Source of the DNA: Candidatus Poribacteria bacterium
Lineage (GTDB): Bacteria; Poribacteria; WGA-4E; PCPOR2b
Length of the DNA: 64,000 bases
Assembly (NCBI GenBank): GCA_965208325.1
Contig: OZ242326.1
Span: 3,584,001 to 3,648,000 of the forward strand
Direction: 5' to 3'
The translations under genes and the position numbers were made by a program. Position 1 is the stretch's first letter, and each line of letters starts with the position of its first letter. Shown here piece after piece: positions 38,123 to 49,643 of this stretch. The notes beneath the pieces are model-generated. The model was not told the origin of the DNA. It searched no databases and saw only the letters and a program-made list of their open reading frames with translations.

Positions 38123-40852
38123 ATGGCGACGATTTATATTGACAATAAACCTTTTGAAGTTGCCGATGACCAGAACTTGCTGCAGGCGGTGCTTTCTTTG
38201 GGGCTGAATCTCCCCTACTTTTGCTGGCATCCTGCATTGGGTTCGGTTGGCGCGTGCCGCCAGTGCGCAATAAAGCAGTTTCGTGATGAAGAGGATTCGC
38301 GCGGCAAGATAGTCATGGCTTGTATGACGCCGGTGAATTCCAAGAGCCTCATTCCTCCGCTCAATGAGACACGTATTTCCGTTGATGATGAAGAGGCGGA
38401 ACATTTTCGAGAGAGCGTCATCGAATGGCTGATGGTCAATCACCCGCACGATTGTCCGGTGTGCGATGAGGGTGGAAGTTGTCATCTTCAGGACATGACG
38501 GTGATGACGGGACATAATTATCGGCGTTACCGCTTCAACAAGCGCACCCACCGGAATCAATACCTCGGACCGTTTATCAACCATGAGATGAATCGCTGTA
38601 TCGCCTGCTACCGGTGTGTCCGTTTCTATCGGGATTACGGCGGCGGAGATGACTTGTCAGTGATGGCATCGCGCGGAGAGGTTTATTTTGGCCGCTTCGA
38701 GGACGGCGTTTTGGAAAGTGAGTTTAGCGGCAACTTGGTTGAGGTGTGCCCCACCGGCGTATTTACGGACAAAACGTACAAGGAACACTATACGCGGAAA
38801 TGGGACCTTCAGACCGCACCATCTATCTGCGTACATTGCAGCCTTGGTTGCAACACCATACCCGGCGAGCGTTACGGCGAAATTCGGACGATTCTTAGCC
38901 GATACAATGGAGATGTCAACGGCTATTTCTTGTGTGACCGCGGGCGTTTCGGCTACGGTTTTCTGAATAGCGGCCAGCGCATCCGCCAACCCCTGATTCG
39001 CAACGATGCAGGCGGTTTAGAATCGGCCACTACGGAGGCTGTAGGCGATAAGTTGGCGAGCTTTCTGTCGAATGGAGCGAAGATAATTGGGATTGGATCG
39101 CCGCGTGCGTCGCTGGAAGCCAATTTTGCATTGCGAACGCTGGTGGGCGCGAATCAATTCTACAACGGCATGTCCGCGGACGATTCCCGGCTGGTGGCAA
39201 GTGCAATCCGAATTCTTCAAGAGGGACCTGCGCGTACACCCACGCTTCGGGAAGTAGAATCTGCGGATGCCGTGTTTGTGCTCGGTGAAGATTTGACAAA
39301 CACAGCACCACGGCTGGATTTGGCGGTTAAACAATCGGTGCGCCGGAAACCTATTGAGCGCGCGGCTATGCTTAGAATTCCAGAGTGGGACGATGCATCG
39401 GTGCGCGAACTTGTTCAAGACGAAAAAGGTCCGTTTTTCATTGCTACGCCGAACCCGACAAAACTAGACAAAATTGCCACCCAGACTTACCGTGCAACTC
39501 CCGACGATTTGGCGCGTTTGGGGTTTGCGGTTGCCCATGCGCTTGACCCGGCTGCACCGTCCGTTACGGACTTACCTGTCGAAGTCGCTCAACTCGCCGA
39601 TAGCATCGCACAAGCTCTCAAGGAATCAAAACGCCCACTGGTTATCTCGGGCACCAGTTGTGCAAGCGAAGCGGTCATGGAGGCCGCAGCGAATGTAGCG
39701 TGGGCGTTGTGCCAAGACGAGCGTGCCGGAGAGGTCTATTTTGTCGTACCCGAATGTAATAGCACCGGTGTAAGACTCATGGCGGAGCGCGATGTCGATG
39801 CCGCAATTGAGGCAGTGCAGGCGAACCAGGCAGATACTGTCATTGTCTTGGAAAACGACCTCTACCGACGAGCGGCAGGTAAATCAGTTGATACACTCCT
39901 TGATACCGCCGAGCATGTCATCGCGATCGACCATCAAACGCACCGAACGACTGAAAAGGCCGAAGCGGTGCTTCCCGCGGGGACTTTCGCAGAGTCGGAT
40001 GGGACATTCGTAAGCAGCGAGGGACGCGCACAGCGTTTTTATCAGGTGTTTGATTCAAACGGGGATGAACAGGAGAGTTGGAGGTGGCTGCAGGAGTTGA
40101 TGGGAGCCGCAGGCCAACTCGAAGCGCCAGCGTGGGAGAGTCTGGATGACATCACCGCAGGGCTGGCACAAGCCTACCCGATTTTTGAAGCCGTTTCAGA
40201 GATTGCCCCGCCTGCAGGATTTCGGGTTGTAGGCCAGAAAATACCGCGCCAGTCCCCCCGGCACAGTGGGCGGACATCCGTACTGGCAGATGTGAATGTC
40301 AGCGAACCCAAACCGCCGGCGGATTCGGATTCACCTTTTTCCTTCTCAATGGAAGGTTACACGGGTGCGCCGCCTTCTGCGCTAATCTCACGCTTCTGGT
40401 CGCCGGGCTGGAATTCGCCTCAAGCGATTAACAAATTCCAGATTGAGGTGGGCGGCCACTTGCATGGCGGCGACCCCGGGCGTCGTCTCATCGAACCATC
40501 GGATGATGCGAAACCCGAATACTTAAACGATGTTCCTGCCTCGTTTAAACCGCGGGACGGGGAATTGTTAATTATGCCGCTTTACCACATTTTCGGATCC
40601 GATGAGTTGAGCATCCTCGCCCCCGCCGTCGCCGAGCGGTCACCGCAACCTTATCTGGCGCTTAACCCAAATGCTGCTGCTAGTCTTCAGGTGCGTGATG
40701 GGGAAGTTGTTGAAATCACCTTGGACGGCGTTGCCCAACGTTTACCTGCCAAGATATCACCGGAGTTGCCCGAAGGCACCGCCGGGTTGCCTGTCGGTTT
40801 ACCTGGGCTATGCGGGGTTACCCTGCCAGCGTGGAGCCGCGTCAAGAAATAA
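38123..40852 (+). CDS. nuoG: NADH-quinone oxidoreductase subunit G (long form)
   Basis: FCWHP..GSVGACRQC, NHPHDCPVCDEGG.C, RCIACYRC and CVHCSLGC. Confidence 0.97.
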   Translation: MATIYIDNKPFEVADDQNLLQAVLSLGLNLPYFCWHPALGSVGACRQCAIKQFRDEEDSRGKIVMACMTPVNSKSLIPPLNETRISVDDEEAEHFRESVIEWLMVNHPHDCPVCDEGGSCHLQDMTVMTGHNYRRYRFNKRTHRNQYLGPFINHEMNRCIACYRCVRFYRDYGGGDDLSVMASRGEVYFGRFEDGVLESEFSGNLVEVCPTGVFTDKTYKEHYTRKWDLQTAPSICVHCSLGCNTIPGERYGEIRTILSRYNGDVNGYFLCDRGRFGYGFLNSGQRIRQPLIRNDAGGLESATTEAVGDKLASFLSNGAKIIGIGSPRASLEANFALRTLVGANQFYNGMSADDSRLVASAIRILQEGPARTPTLREVESADAVFVLGEDLTNTAPRLDLAVKQSVRRKPIERAAMLRIPEWDDASVRELVQDEKGPFFIATPNPTKLDKIATQTYRATPDDLARLGFAVAHALDPAAPSVTDLPVEVAQLADSIAQALKESKRPLVISGTSCASEAVMEAAANVAWALCQDERAGEVYFVVPECNSTGVRLMAERDVDAAIEAVQANQADTVIVLENDLYRRAAGKSVDTLLDTAEHVIAIDHQTHRTTEKAEAVLPAGTFAESDGTFVSSEGRAQRFYQVFDSNGDEQESWRWLQELMGAAGQLEAPAWESLDDITAGLAQAYPIFEAVSEIAPPAGFRVVGQKIPRQSPRHSGRTSVLADVNVSEPKPPADSDSPFSFSMEGYTGAPPSALISRFWSPGWNSPQAINKFQIEVGGHLHGGDPGRRLIEPSDDAKPEYLNDVPASFKPRDGELLIMPLYHIFGSDELSILAPAVAERSPQPYLALNPNAAASLQVRDGEVVEITLDGVAQRLPAKISPELPEGTAGLPVGLPGLCGVTLPAWSRVKK

Positions 40853-40948
40853 AATTCTCGATTTGAGACATTGGCAGAGGACGATAAGCGTTCATCATTT
40901 TTCAAAAACTTCCACAATCTCTTGTAGTTCTATTCTTCTATAGATGAA

Positions 40949-41914
40949 GTGCACGATATGATCCAAAGTATTCATCCGCTCATTATCACGATAGGTATTT
41001 TATTTGTTGTGGTGAACACTGCTGCTCTGCTTATCTGGTTAGAGCGGCGGCTGCTGGCGCTTTGGCAGGATCGGTACGGGCCCAACCGCGTCGGACCATT
41101 CGGGCTTTTACAGGTTCTTGCGGATATGATTAAGATTTTCACGAAAGAAGATTGGGTGCCGCCGTTTGCCGATAAACCGGTGTTTATCTTGGCTCCGGCG
41201 GTGATAGTCGTCGCGGTCCTGATGTCGTTCGCTGTCATCCCATTTTCACCAGATATCTGGGTTGTAGATCTCAATATCGGGCTGCTGTTTTTCTTAGCGA
41301 TGTCGTCAATGGGCGTTTACAGCGTGGTGTTGGCTGGTTGGGCTTCCAACAACAAATACTCCCTCCTCGGAGGTATGCGGGCTGCCGCGCAGATGTTGAG
41401 TTACGAAGTTTTTATGGGTCTGTCGCTCATGGGCGTGGTGATGATGGCGGGTTCGTTTAATTTGCGCGAGATTGTAGAAACGCAAAAGGGAATGTGGTTT
41501 TTCATTCCGCAGATTTTTGGACTTGTGGTCTTCATGGTTGCCGGCATTGCCGAGACGCACCGATTGCCGTTCGACTTGCCGGAGGCAGAGAGCGAATTAG
41601 TCGCGGGGTATCATTCCGAATATTCCGGGATGAAGTTTGGCATGTTTTTCGTCGGAGAGTACCTTGGCGTCACGCTCATTTCAGCGTTTATTACCACGCT
41701 ATTCTTCGGGGGGTGGCTGGGGCCTAGCTTCCTCCCTCCGATTGTCTGGTTCATTCTTAAAACATTCGTCTTCATCTGTTTTTTCATATTGCTCCGCGCC
41801 TCTCTTCCACGTCCGCGCTACGATCAACTTATGGCGTACGGATGGAAAGTAATGCTGCCACTGGCATTGGCGAATCTGATAGTCACCGGCGGAATTATTC
41901 TTGCAATTGGCTAG
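40949..41914 (+). CDS. nuoH: NADH-quinone oxidoreductase subunit H
   Basis: [21 protein letters not shown] and PRPRYDQ. Confidence 0.97.
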   Translation: MHDMIQSIHPLIITIGILFVVVNTAALLIWLERRLLALWQDRYGPNRVGPFGLLQVLADMIKIFTKEDWVPPFADKPVFILAPAVIVVAVLMSFAVIPFSPDIWVVDLNIGLLFFLAMSSMGVYSVVLAGWASNNKYSLLGGMRAAAQMLSYEVFMGLSLMGVVMMAGSFNLREIVETQKGMWFFIPQIFGLVVFMVAGIAETHRLPFDLPEAESELVAGYHSEYSGMKFGMFFVGEYLGVTLISAFITTLFFGGWLGPSFLPPIVWFILKTFVFICFFILLRASLPRPRYDQLMAYGWKVMLPLALANLIVTGGIILAIG

Positions 41915-42049
41915 AATATTTGGGTGGCAAGGATTTCAAGTTCTCAACTTGGGGTTGACTTGACAAATTTTACGGGAACGAACCGAGAATTAGGTGTACC
42001 GATTGAGGTTACACATTATGTTTAAGGTGATGTGTAGTGGGGAATTATC

Positions 42050-42565
42050 ATGATTAGCTTGCTTAGGAGTATTTGGCTTGTCTTCTTACACATGTTTCGG
42101 AAACGGGTAACAATTCAGTACCCTGATGAAAAACCGAATTTGCCGCCTCGGTGGAGAGGCCGTATTGTCCTTACGCAAGACCCTGACGGCGAGGAACGTT
42201 GTGTTGCCTGCTATCTATGCGCAGTGGCGTGTCCTGTTGACTGCATTGCTCTTCAAGCGACGGAGGATAATCATGGCAGGCGTTATCCCGATTTTTTTCG
42301 TATTAACTTCTCGCGTTGTATTTTCTGTGGCTTCTGCGAAGATGCATGTCCTACCTATGCTATACAACTCACTCCTGATTTTGAGATGGCTGAATACAAT
42401 CGGCAGAACTTGGTTTACGAGAAGGAAGATTTGTTAATCAATGGTCCCGGCAAGTATCCCGATTACAACTTCTATCGGTTCGCCGGTATGTCGATTGGCG
42501 GGAAAGATAAGGGTGAAGCGGAGAACGAAGACCCGCCCGTGGATGTGCATAGTCTCATGCCATAG
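42050..42565 (+). CDS. nuoI: NADH-quinone oxidoreductase subunit I
   Basis: Two CxxCxxCxxxCP motifs. Confidence 0.97.
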   Translation: MISLLRSIWLVFLHMFRKRVTIQYPDEKPNLPPRWRGRIVLTQDPDGEERCVACYLCAVACPVDCIALQATEDNHGRRYPDFFRINFSRCIFCGFCEDACPTYAIQLTPDFEMAEYNRQNLVYEKEDLLINGPGKYPDYNFYRFAGMSIGGKDKGEAENEDPPVDVHSLMP

Positions 42566-42626
42566 TGCGCGATAACGTGACAGTTTTGGCCGTTGCGTAA
42601 AGCGCGAATTAGAGAATGGAAAACAT

Positions 42627-43139
42627 ATGACCGTTGTATTCTGGATATCCGCTGCGGTTACTGTCATCTCGACTGTTATGGTCATTACACGGCGCAATGT
42701 GGTACATGCGCTGCTTTATTTAATCGTGTCGCTGTTGGCGATGGCAGTGATTTTTTTCTCGCTGGGGGCTCCCTTTGTTGCGGCGTTGGAAGTAATCGTT
42801 TATGCCGGCGCTATAATGGTGCTCTTTATCTTCGTGGTCATGATGTTAAACTTAGGCGCGCGGGCGTCCCAGCAGGAGCGTCAATGGTTAAAACCGCGGA
42901 TGATGATAGGTCCGGCAATTTTGGCAGCCATCCTAATGATTGAGTTGGGGTATGCGATTTTCGCCGGCGGTGGTATAGAGATCATAACGGGCGAACCTGT
43001 AGGTGCGAAACAGGTGGGGATGTCACTCTTCGAAACCTATCTGTTGGGCGTTGAACTGGCGTCTATTCTGCTGCTAGCCGGACTGGTCGGCGCATATCAT
43101 CTCGGTCGGCGCGATAGAAGCGAGGAGGAAGAGTCGTAA
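42627..43139 (+). CDS. nuoJ: NADH-quinone oxidoreductase subunit J
   Basis: [17 protein letters not shown]. Confidence 0.96.
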   Translation: MTVVFWISAAVTVISTVMVITRRNVVHALLYLIVSLLAMAVIFFSLGAPFVAALEVIVYAGAIMVLFIFVVMMLNLGARASQQERQWLKPRMMIGPAILAAILMIELGYAIFAGGGIEIITGEPVGAKQVGMSLFETYLLGVELASILLLAGLVGAYHLGRRDRSEEEES

Positions 43140-43447
43140 TGGCGGCAGTTTCTATGGAACATGGATTAATTTTGGCAGGCGTCCTCTTTGCGTTAGGGCT
43201 TATTGGTGTCCTTGTGCGCCGAAATATTATCTTTATGCTAATGTCGATTGAGGTCATGTTAAACGCATCGGGCTTAGCGTTTGTCGTCGCCGGATCTAAT
43301 TGGGGAACGGCGGATGGACAGGTGATGTTTATATTCATCTTGACAATGGCAGCAGCAGAAGTTGCTGTCGGTTTGGCGTTGGTACTTCAACTGTACCGCC
43401 GATTCAAGACGCTGGATGTCGACGCAGCAAGCAAAATGCGGGGGTGA
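43139..43447 (+). CDS. nuoK: NADH-quinone oxidoreductase subunit K
   Basis: RRN...[10 protein letters not shown] and [11 protein letters not shown]. Confidence 0.96.
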   Translation: MAAVSMEHGLILAGVLFALGLIGVLVRRNIIFMLMSIEVMLNASGLAFVVAGSNWGTADGQVMFIFILTMAAAEVAVGLALVLQLYRRFKTLDVDAASKMRG

Positions 43448-43448
43448 T

Positions 43449-45356
43449 ATGCTGGAATTATTGTGGCTGATTCCAATTTTGCCATTCATCGGTTTTCTGG
43501 TGTTGGTGTTAATCGGCGCTCGACTTTCCCGCGCGGGTGTTGCAGCTATCGGCGTGGGCTCGATAGGGATATCGGCGGTAGTGTCTTTGCTGTGTGGCTT
43601 TAGCTTTATGAGTTCACCGCCGCCGGGCGATGCTTTTTCACAAACGCTCTGGACCTGGATGAAGGTCGGCAGTTTTGCGCCGGGGATAACCTTTCATCTG
43701 GATGCGCTCTCTCTGCTCATGACCCTCGTCGTAACGGTTGTTGGTTTCCTTATTCACCTATATTCGACCGAGTATATGAACGACGAGGATGGATACAGCC
43801 GGTTCTTCGCTTACATGAATCTGTTCGTCGGCTCGATGTTGACGTTGGTACTCGCCGATAATCTGATACTGCTTTATCTCGGTTGGGAGGGAGTCGGCCT
43901 CTGTAGTTACCTGCTGATTGGTTTCTGGTATAAAGACCCCGCCAACGGGCTCGCGGCTCGGAAAGCCTTCACGATAACCCGGGTAGGCGATACGGCGATG
44001 GCGCTGGGTCTATTTCTTCTTTTTGCCCAATTTGGAACGCTAAACATCCACGGCGACGGTGGCATTTTGGCGATGGCAAAGTCGCAGTGGATGGAGGGTT
44101 CCGGTTTAGCTATTGCGGCGGCGGCACTGCTACTCGGCGGGGCGCTGGGCAAGTCTGGCCAACTTCCATTACAGACGTGGTTGCCTGATGCAATGGCAGG
44201 CCCGACACCTGTGAGTGCGCTTATCCACGCAGCGACCATGGTAACCGCGGGTGTCTATCTTATCGCTCGTACGTATGTCCTTTTTGAACTTGCCCCACCA
44301 GTCCAATTCGCCGTGGCGTTGATTGGAACGATAACGCTGTTTGTTGCAGGATGCAGCGCGTTGACGCAGCGCGATATGAAGCGAATTTTGGCGTATTCCA
44401 CCATCAGCCAAATCGGCTACATGTTCCTGGCGCTCGGGGTGGGTGCTTGGTCTGCTGCGATGTTCCACTTTATGACGCACGCCTTTTTTAAGGCGCTCCT
44501 CTTCCTTGGCGCGGGCGTGGTGATATTGGCGCTTCATCATGAACAGGACATATTTAATATGGGAGGCTTGCGGCGTGCGCTGCCTTTAACATCCAAGACG
44601 TTTATTGTCGGCGCCGCTGCGTTAGCCGGTTTTCCATTCATTACCGCCGGTTTCTACAGTAAAGATTTGATTCTCTGGAAAGTGTGGTCAGCGCATCAAC
44701 CGTGGCTTTATATAGTGGGGCTGGGAGGAGCGCTGCTCACCGCTCTTTACTCTTTCCGACTGGTATTCATTGCCTTCTTTGGCGAGGCGAAAGGCCATGT
44801 GGTCAATAAGCCGGGTGCCTGCATGAAGATTCCACTGACGATTTTGGCAGCGTTAGCAATTATCGGAGGTTTAATTGAACTACCACATGCATGGGGAAAT
44901 TGGCAGCCGTTCTCGAAATTCATGGAATCCGCATTCCCGTTGACTGCCTCAGTTGAGCATGGTGGACACGGCAAGGCAGCGGCGGAATTGATTCTACAGG
45001 GCATCGCTGTTGTTGTTTCAGTCGTGGGCATATCCTTGGCGTACCTGTTCTTCCTGCGCAAACGAACCTTCGTTGAGGGTGTTGCAGGCTCGTCCGTCGG
45101 CGTTGCCGTGCACCGTTTTTGGTTTGCGGGATGGGGCTTTGATTGGTTATATGACAAGGTATTCGTCCAGCCCGTGGTCTGGGCAGCGCGCATCAACAAG
45201 AATGACATCATTGATTTTATCTATCGTTTATTCGCGGGAATTATACAGATTTTCCACTTTATTTTTTGCCTCACGCAAACCGGGCGTGTACGATGGTATG
45301 CGGTTGGAATCGCGTTTGGCGCCGTCGTCATTGTGGCGATGGTTGTGTTGTCTTAA
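43449..45356 (+). CDS. nuoL: NADH-quinone oxidoreductase subunit L
   Basis: WEGVGLCSYLLIGFW and WLPDAMAGPTPVSALIHAATMV. Start trimmed to MLELLW. Confidence 0.96.
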   Translation: MLELLWLIPILPFIGFLVLVLIGARLSRAGVAAIGVGSIGISAVVSLLCGFSFMSSPPPGDAFSQTLWTWMKVGSFAPGITFHLDALSLLMTLVVTVVGFLIHLYSTEYMNDEDGYSRFFAYMNLFVGSMLTLVLADNLILLYLGWEGVGLCSYLLIGFWYKDPANGLAARKAFTITRVGDTAMALGLFLLFAQFGTLNIHGDGGILAMAKSQWMEGSGLAIAAAALLLGGALGKSGQLPLQTWLPDAMAGPTPVSALIHAATMVTAGVYLIARTYVLFELAPPVQFAVALIGTITLFVAGCSALTQRDMKRILAYSTISQIGYMFLALGVGAWSAAMFHFMTHAFFKALLFLGAGVVILALHHEQDIFNMGGLRRALPLTSKTFIVGAAALAGFPFITAGFYSKDLILWKVWSAHQPWLYIVGLGGALLTALYSFRLVFIAFFGEAKGHVVNKPGACMKIPLTILAALAIIGGLIELPHAWGNWQPFSKFMESAFPLTASVEHGGHGKAAAELILQGIAVVVSVVGISLAYLFFLRKRTFVEGVAGSSVGVAVHRFWFAGWGFDWLYDKVFVQPVVWAARINKNDIIDFIYRLFAGIIQIFHFIFCLTQTGRVRWYAVGIAFGAVVIVAMVVLS

Positions 45357-45491
45357 ATGCGCGTGGATGGTATGCGGATGAGGTAACGTAGGTTACGTTG
45401 ATAGACTTGATCAGCCAACTACCTAACATGTCTTTTATTCGGTGTTTCCCCTATTGAACCAATCTGTTGGATTCGTAATTAGCGATTACTT

Positions 45492-47114
45492 ATGATATTA
45501 ACGTGGCTCATTGTCATTCCACTTATCGGCGGTGTTCTGGCGTGGATTTTGGCTCGCCAAAATTCTTCATTACCACGCTGGATTTGCCTGCTTGCTCTAG
45601 CGATAGACCTGGTTTTGGTATTGGGGCTTTGGGTACAACATTCTGATCAGGTTGCGTTATCGGGCGGTTCTGATTGGTTGGTTGAATTAGATGCACCATG
45701 GATTCCCATTCACAAAGGCACAATCCACTTCCACCTGGGTATGGACGGTCTGAGCCTTGTAATGATTGCGCTCACCGTTTTCTTGGGAATTGTGAGTGTA
45801 GGCGCCTCGTGGACCGAGATTAAGGAGCGCGTTGGCTTTTTCCACTTTAACCTGATGTGGATAGTGTCGGGGATTATGGGCGTGTTCCTCGCGCTGGATC
45901 TTGTGCTCTTCTATTTCTTCTGGGAAATGATGTTGATACCAATGTATTTCTTGATTGGTATCTGGGGACATGAGAACCGCATCTACGCGGCAGTTAAATT
46001 CTTCATTTTTACGCAGGCGAGCGGCTTATTTATGCTGTTGGCGATTGTGGGATTGTATTTCATTCACGGGGGTGCCAGCGGCACCTATACGTTTGATTAT
46101 ACACAGTTGCTTGACAACTCGATATCAGCGTCTACAGCGAAGTGGTTGATGCTGGGTTTCCTCGTCGCTTTCGTTGTGAAACTACCTGCCTTTCCGGTGC
46201 ATAGCTGGCTGCCTGATGCGCATACTGAAGCACCCACGGCGGGCAGCGTTATTCTCGCCGGGCTTCTGTTAAAGACCGGCGCCTATGGGCTGCTGCGCTT
46301 TGTGGTGCCGTTGTTTCCTGATGCTGCCCGCGACTTTGCTCCTATAGCGATGCTGTTTGGCGTGATTGGCATTTTGTACGGCGCCATCCTCGCCTTTGCG
46401 CAAACCGACCTGAAGCGGTTGGTGGCGTACACGAGCGTGAGCCACATGGGATTTGTACTTTTGGGCGTCTTCGCCTGGAATGAATTGGCGCTGCAGGGCG
46501 TCGTGATACAGATGATTTGTCACGGCATCAGTACCGGCGCACTCTTTATTCTCGTAGGTGCACTTTACGAGCGGATTCATACTCGTGACTTAAATCGAAT
46601 GGGCGGTCTTTGGGCAGCAGTCCCGCGTATGAGCGCAGTGGGGATGGTCTTCGCCATGGCGTCACTTGGGTTGCCGGGATTAGGCAACTTTGTCGGTGAG
46701 TTTTTGGTGTTGATGGGAGCTTACCAAGTCAACATCACAATGACTGCACTGGCGGCGGTCGGCCTTGTCTTTGCTACGGTATATTCGCTGTGGATAATGC
46801 AGCGTGCTTTCCACGGTCCTATTCAGGAGGATTTGAAACTGCCGGATCTTTCAGCCCGCGATATGGCGATGATGTTGGCTTTAATCGTTGCAATCGTTTG
46901 GTTGGGGCTTTATCCCCAGCCGGTACTCAACACAACTAAACCCGCGCTAGAAGAACTTCAGGAAAAAACATCTCAAAGAAACGGATTACTGCCAAACCGT
47001 GAGATGGACGGTACGAAGTTGGAAAAGCGCTTCATGGGCCGTTGGACTCATCGAAATTCTGTGCAATCTGTACAATCATCACCACCTGAATTCCGTACCT
47101 GTGAATTCACCTAA
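45492..47114 (+). CDS. nuoM: NADH-quinone oxidoreductase subunit M
   Basis: FFWEMML.PMY, HSWLPDAHTEAPTAGS and AYTSVSHMG. Confidence 0.96.
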   Translation: MILTWLIVIPLIGGVLAWILARQNSSLPRWICLLALAIDLVLVLGLWVQHSDQVALSGGSDWLVELDAPWIPIHKGTIHFHLGMDGLSLVMIALTVFLGIVSVGASWTEIKERVGFFHFNLMWIVSGIMGVFLALDLVLFYFFWEMMLIPMYFLIGIWGHENRIYAAVKFFIFTQASGLFMLLAIVGLYFIHGGASGTYTFDYTQLLDNSISASTAKWLMLGFLVAFVVKLPAFPVHSWLPDAHTEAPTAGSVILAGLLLKTGAYGLLRFVVPLFPDAARDFAPIAMLFGVIGILYGAILAFAQTDLKRLVAYTSVSHMGFVLLGVFAWNELALQGVVIQMICHGISTGALFILVGALYERIHTRDLNRMGGLWAAVPRMSAVGMVFAMASLGLPGLGNFVGEFLVLMGAYQVNITMTALAAVGLVFATVYSLWIMQRAFHGPIQEDLKLPDLSARDMAMMLALIVAIVWLGLYPQPVLNTTKPALEELQEKTSQRNGLLPNREMDGTKLEKRFMGRWTHRNSVQSVQSSPPEFRTCEFT

Positions 47115-47135
47115 CCTAGCTGAAAAAGGTAATTC

Positions 47136-48620
47136 GTGACGACGACAGACCTCTTAGCGATAACTCCCCTCATTATTTTATCGGCTGCTTCAGTCGTGCT
47201 TCTGTTAGTGACTGCCTTCTACAGAAATCACAAGGTAATTGCCGTATTGGCATTGATGGGGATTGCCCTAGCATTTGCGTCACTTCCAATGGTTTCCTCC
47301 GAGGTGTCACTGCCATTTACGGTAACACAACTTATCATCCTCGACGGTTACGCCCTGTTATACATGGGGCTTCTCTTTGCGGTGAGTTTTGTTGTGATTC
47401 TGATTGCCCATGGCTACCTTGAGAAACGCCAAGGCAATCACGAAGAGTTTTATATTCTTGTACTCCTGGCGACGTTGGGTTGCGCAGTATTAGTTGCGAG
47501 CAGCCACTTTGCATCTCTCTTCTTGGGATTGGAAATCCTCAGCGTTTCCCTTTATGTTTTGATTGCATATTTGTACACCGATGAGCGGAGTATTGAGGCG
47601 GGGCTAAAATACTTGGTGCTGGCTGCAGTTTCTTCGGCGTTTCTCCTCTTTGGAATGGCGCTGGTTTATGCTGAACTTGGGACAATGGAATTCACTCAAA
47701 TGGCGTCTCATGCTAATGCCGGCAATCATAGCATGTTGTTGCTCGCGGGCATGGGGCTGATGGTCGTCGGCATAGGGTTTAAGCTCGCAGTAGTGCCTTT
47801 TCACCTTTGGACACCGGATGTGTACGAGGGTGCGCCGGCGCCGGTAACTGCTTTCGTTGCAACGGCTTCCAAAGGCGCCGTGGTCGCACTACTCATGCGA
47901 TACTTTGCTACAGCGGACAGCTACGCCCACAGTTCATTATTCCAAGTATTTACTGTCATCGCTATCGCTTCGATGTTTGCTGGAAACCTGATGGCGTTAC
48001 TCCAGAATAATGTCAAGCGTATCTTGGCTTACTCGTCGATCGCACATTTGGGTTATGTGTTGGTAGCCTTTATTGCTTTCCGTGCAGACGAAATGATGGC
48101 GGTAACGGCGGTAACATTCTATCTGGTAGCTTACTCTGTGACTACCTTAGGCGCCTTTGGTATTATCACAGTGTTATCCCCGGGTGACAGGGAGGCAGAT
48201 GCCATAGATGATTATCGAGGACTCGCTTGGCATCGGCCGTGGCTCGCCGGTATATTTACGGCGGTGCTGTTGTCTCTGGCTGGTATCCCGCTCACGGCGG
48301 GCTTTGTCGGAAAATTCTACGTTGTGGCTGCGGGTGTTGGATCCGCCTTATGGCTGTTGTTGGTGCTGCTCGTGGTGAATAGTACCATTGGGCTTTACTA
48401 TTACCTGCGAATTGTTGTTGCGATGTACCGAACCCCAGAAGACAAAGCGGGTGAGGCAGCGACCGGGCTAACGGCTGCGGAATCACCGACTACGCCTGCC
48501 TCTTTGCCGTTGATTGGCGGCGTAGTTTTGGCGGGTCTCACGCTACTTATAGTCTGGTTGGGGGTGTATCCAGCGACGTTGATGCGCGTGATAAAGGTGG
48601 CGGTGGATACGCTTGTTTAA
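47136..48620 (+). CDS. nuoN: NADH-quinone oxidoreductase subunit N
   Basis: EAGLKY, FK...VPFH.WTPDVYEGAP and KRILAYSSIAH. Confidence 0.96.
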   Translation: MTTTDLLAITPLIILSAASVVLLLVTAFYRNHKVIAVLALMGIALAFASLPMVSSEVSLPFTVTQLIILDGYALLYMGLLFAVSFVVILIAHGYLEKRQGNHEEFYILVLLATLGCAVLVASSHFASLFLGLEILSVSLYVLIAYLYTDERSIEAGLKYLVLAAVSSAFLLFGMALVYAELGTMEFTQMASHANAGNHSMLLLAGMGLMVVGIGFKLAVVPFHLWTPDVYEGAPAPVTAFVATASKGAVVALLMRYFATADSYAHSSLFQVFTVIAIASMFAGNLMALLQNNVKRILAYSSIAHLGYVLVAFIAFRADEMMAVTAVTFYLVAYSVTTLGAFGIITVLSPGDREADAIDDYRGLAWHRPWLAGIFTAVLLSLAGIPLTAGFVGKFYVVAAGVGSALWLLLVLLVVNSTIGLYYYLRIVVAMYRTPEDKAGEAATGLTAAESPTTPASLPLIGGVVLAGLTLLIVWLGVYPATLMRVIKVAVDTLV

Positions 48621-48668
48621 GTGGATAAGGGTTTGTACTTTATAACTTGATAACTTGCACGGCAGAGA

Positions 48669-49280
48669 GTGAGCGGTGTGGCAGACAATTGTGAGATAGA
48701 CGAGTTAATTGAACAACTGGGTGAAGCAGATACAGAAACCCAATCTACTGCGGTTTCAGAACTGGTTGAAATTGGTGAGCCCGCTATACCCGCATTGATA
48801 GAGGCATTAGCCGATGTCATTTGGGATGTATGCGATTGCGCTGCTGATGCATTGGCTCAGATCGGCGTCCCTGCCATCCCCGCACTAATAGAGGCACTTG
48901 CAGATGAACAAAAGAATGTGAGGCTAAATGCCGCGGATGCACTAAGTCGAATCGGTGCACCGGCAGTGCAGGCGTTAATTGAAGCGCTCAGCGATACGTA
49001 CCAGCCTGTGCGAGAAAATGCGGTTCGCGCCTTGAGTTTAATTGGTAAACCTGCGAATGAAGCGGTGCCGGCTTTAATTCAGGCGTTGCGCGATGATGAC
49101 ACAGAGGTTCGCGTTTATGCAGCGGTCGCACTCGCAAATATCGGTGAGTTTGCGAAAGATGCAATCCCCGCGTTGATTGGCGCGTTACGCGATGAGTCCG
49201 AACGCGTCTGCCAGCACGCGGCTTTTGCACTGCAAAAGACCAGAAGCCCGGAAGCAGAAAAAGCGTTGAGTCAGTTGTAA
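48669..49280 (+). CDS. HEAT/PBS-lyase repeat protein
   Basis: Repeated AIPALIEAL.D....VR..AA.AL..IG units. Confidence 0.88.
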   Translation: MSGVADNCEIDELIEQLGEADTETQSTAVSELVEIGEPAIPALIEALADVIWDVCDCAADALAQIGVPAIPALIEALADEQKNVRLNAADALSRIGAPAVQALIEALSDTYQPVRENAVRALSLIGKPANEAVPALIQALRDDDTEVRVYAAVALANIGEFAKDAIPALIGALRDESERVCQHAAFALQKTRSPEAEKALSQL

Positions 49281-49315
49281 AAGTTGGAGGGTTTTACGTG
49301 CAAAATAGAATTCAT

Positions 49316-49363
49316 TTGAAAAAAAAGGCTTTTTGTGGTATCCTTTTGTGAATGTATTCCAAA
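49316..49363 (+). promoter_or_regulatory. Putative sigma70 promoter with adjacent Rex-like operator
   Basis: TTGAAA-17 nt-TATCCT with extended TG, then TTGTGAATGTATTCCAAA (49346-49363) versus the Rex consensus TTGTGAANNNNTTCACAA. Confidence 0.45.
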
Positions 49364-49643
49364 ATGTCCTACCTATTGTTTTTACCCAGACCTGAAAATA
49401 TAGACGCGACGCAGCAGTTGGCGAATACCAGGAATTTTAAAAATGTTCAGCGGTACTGACGAATTCCGAGATTTGATTGGATAAAGAGTCAGTGATTTGC
49501 TGAACTATTTTTCATCTTATATCCTGAAATTTCGCGGCTTTTCGAGGGCCGCTCAAGATTGAGAAGTTCAGATAAAAACAGAACACAAAAATGAAACGCC
49601 TCATATTTTCAGATAATTGAAGTCTGCAATAAAGAGGAATAAA

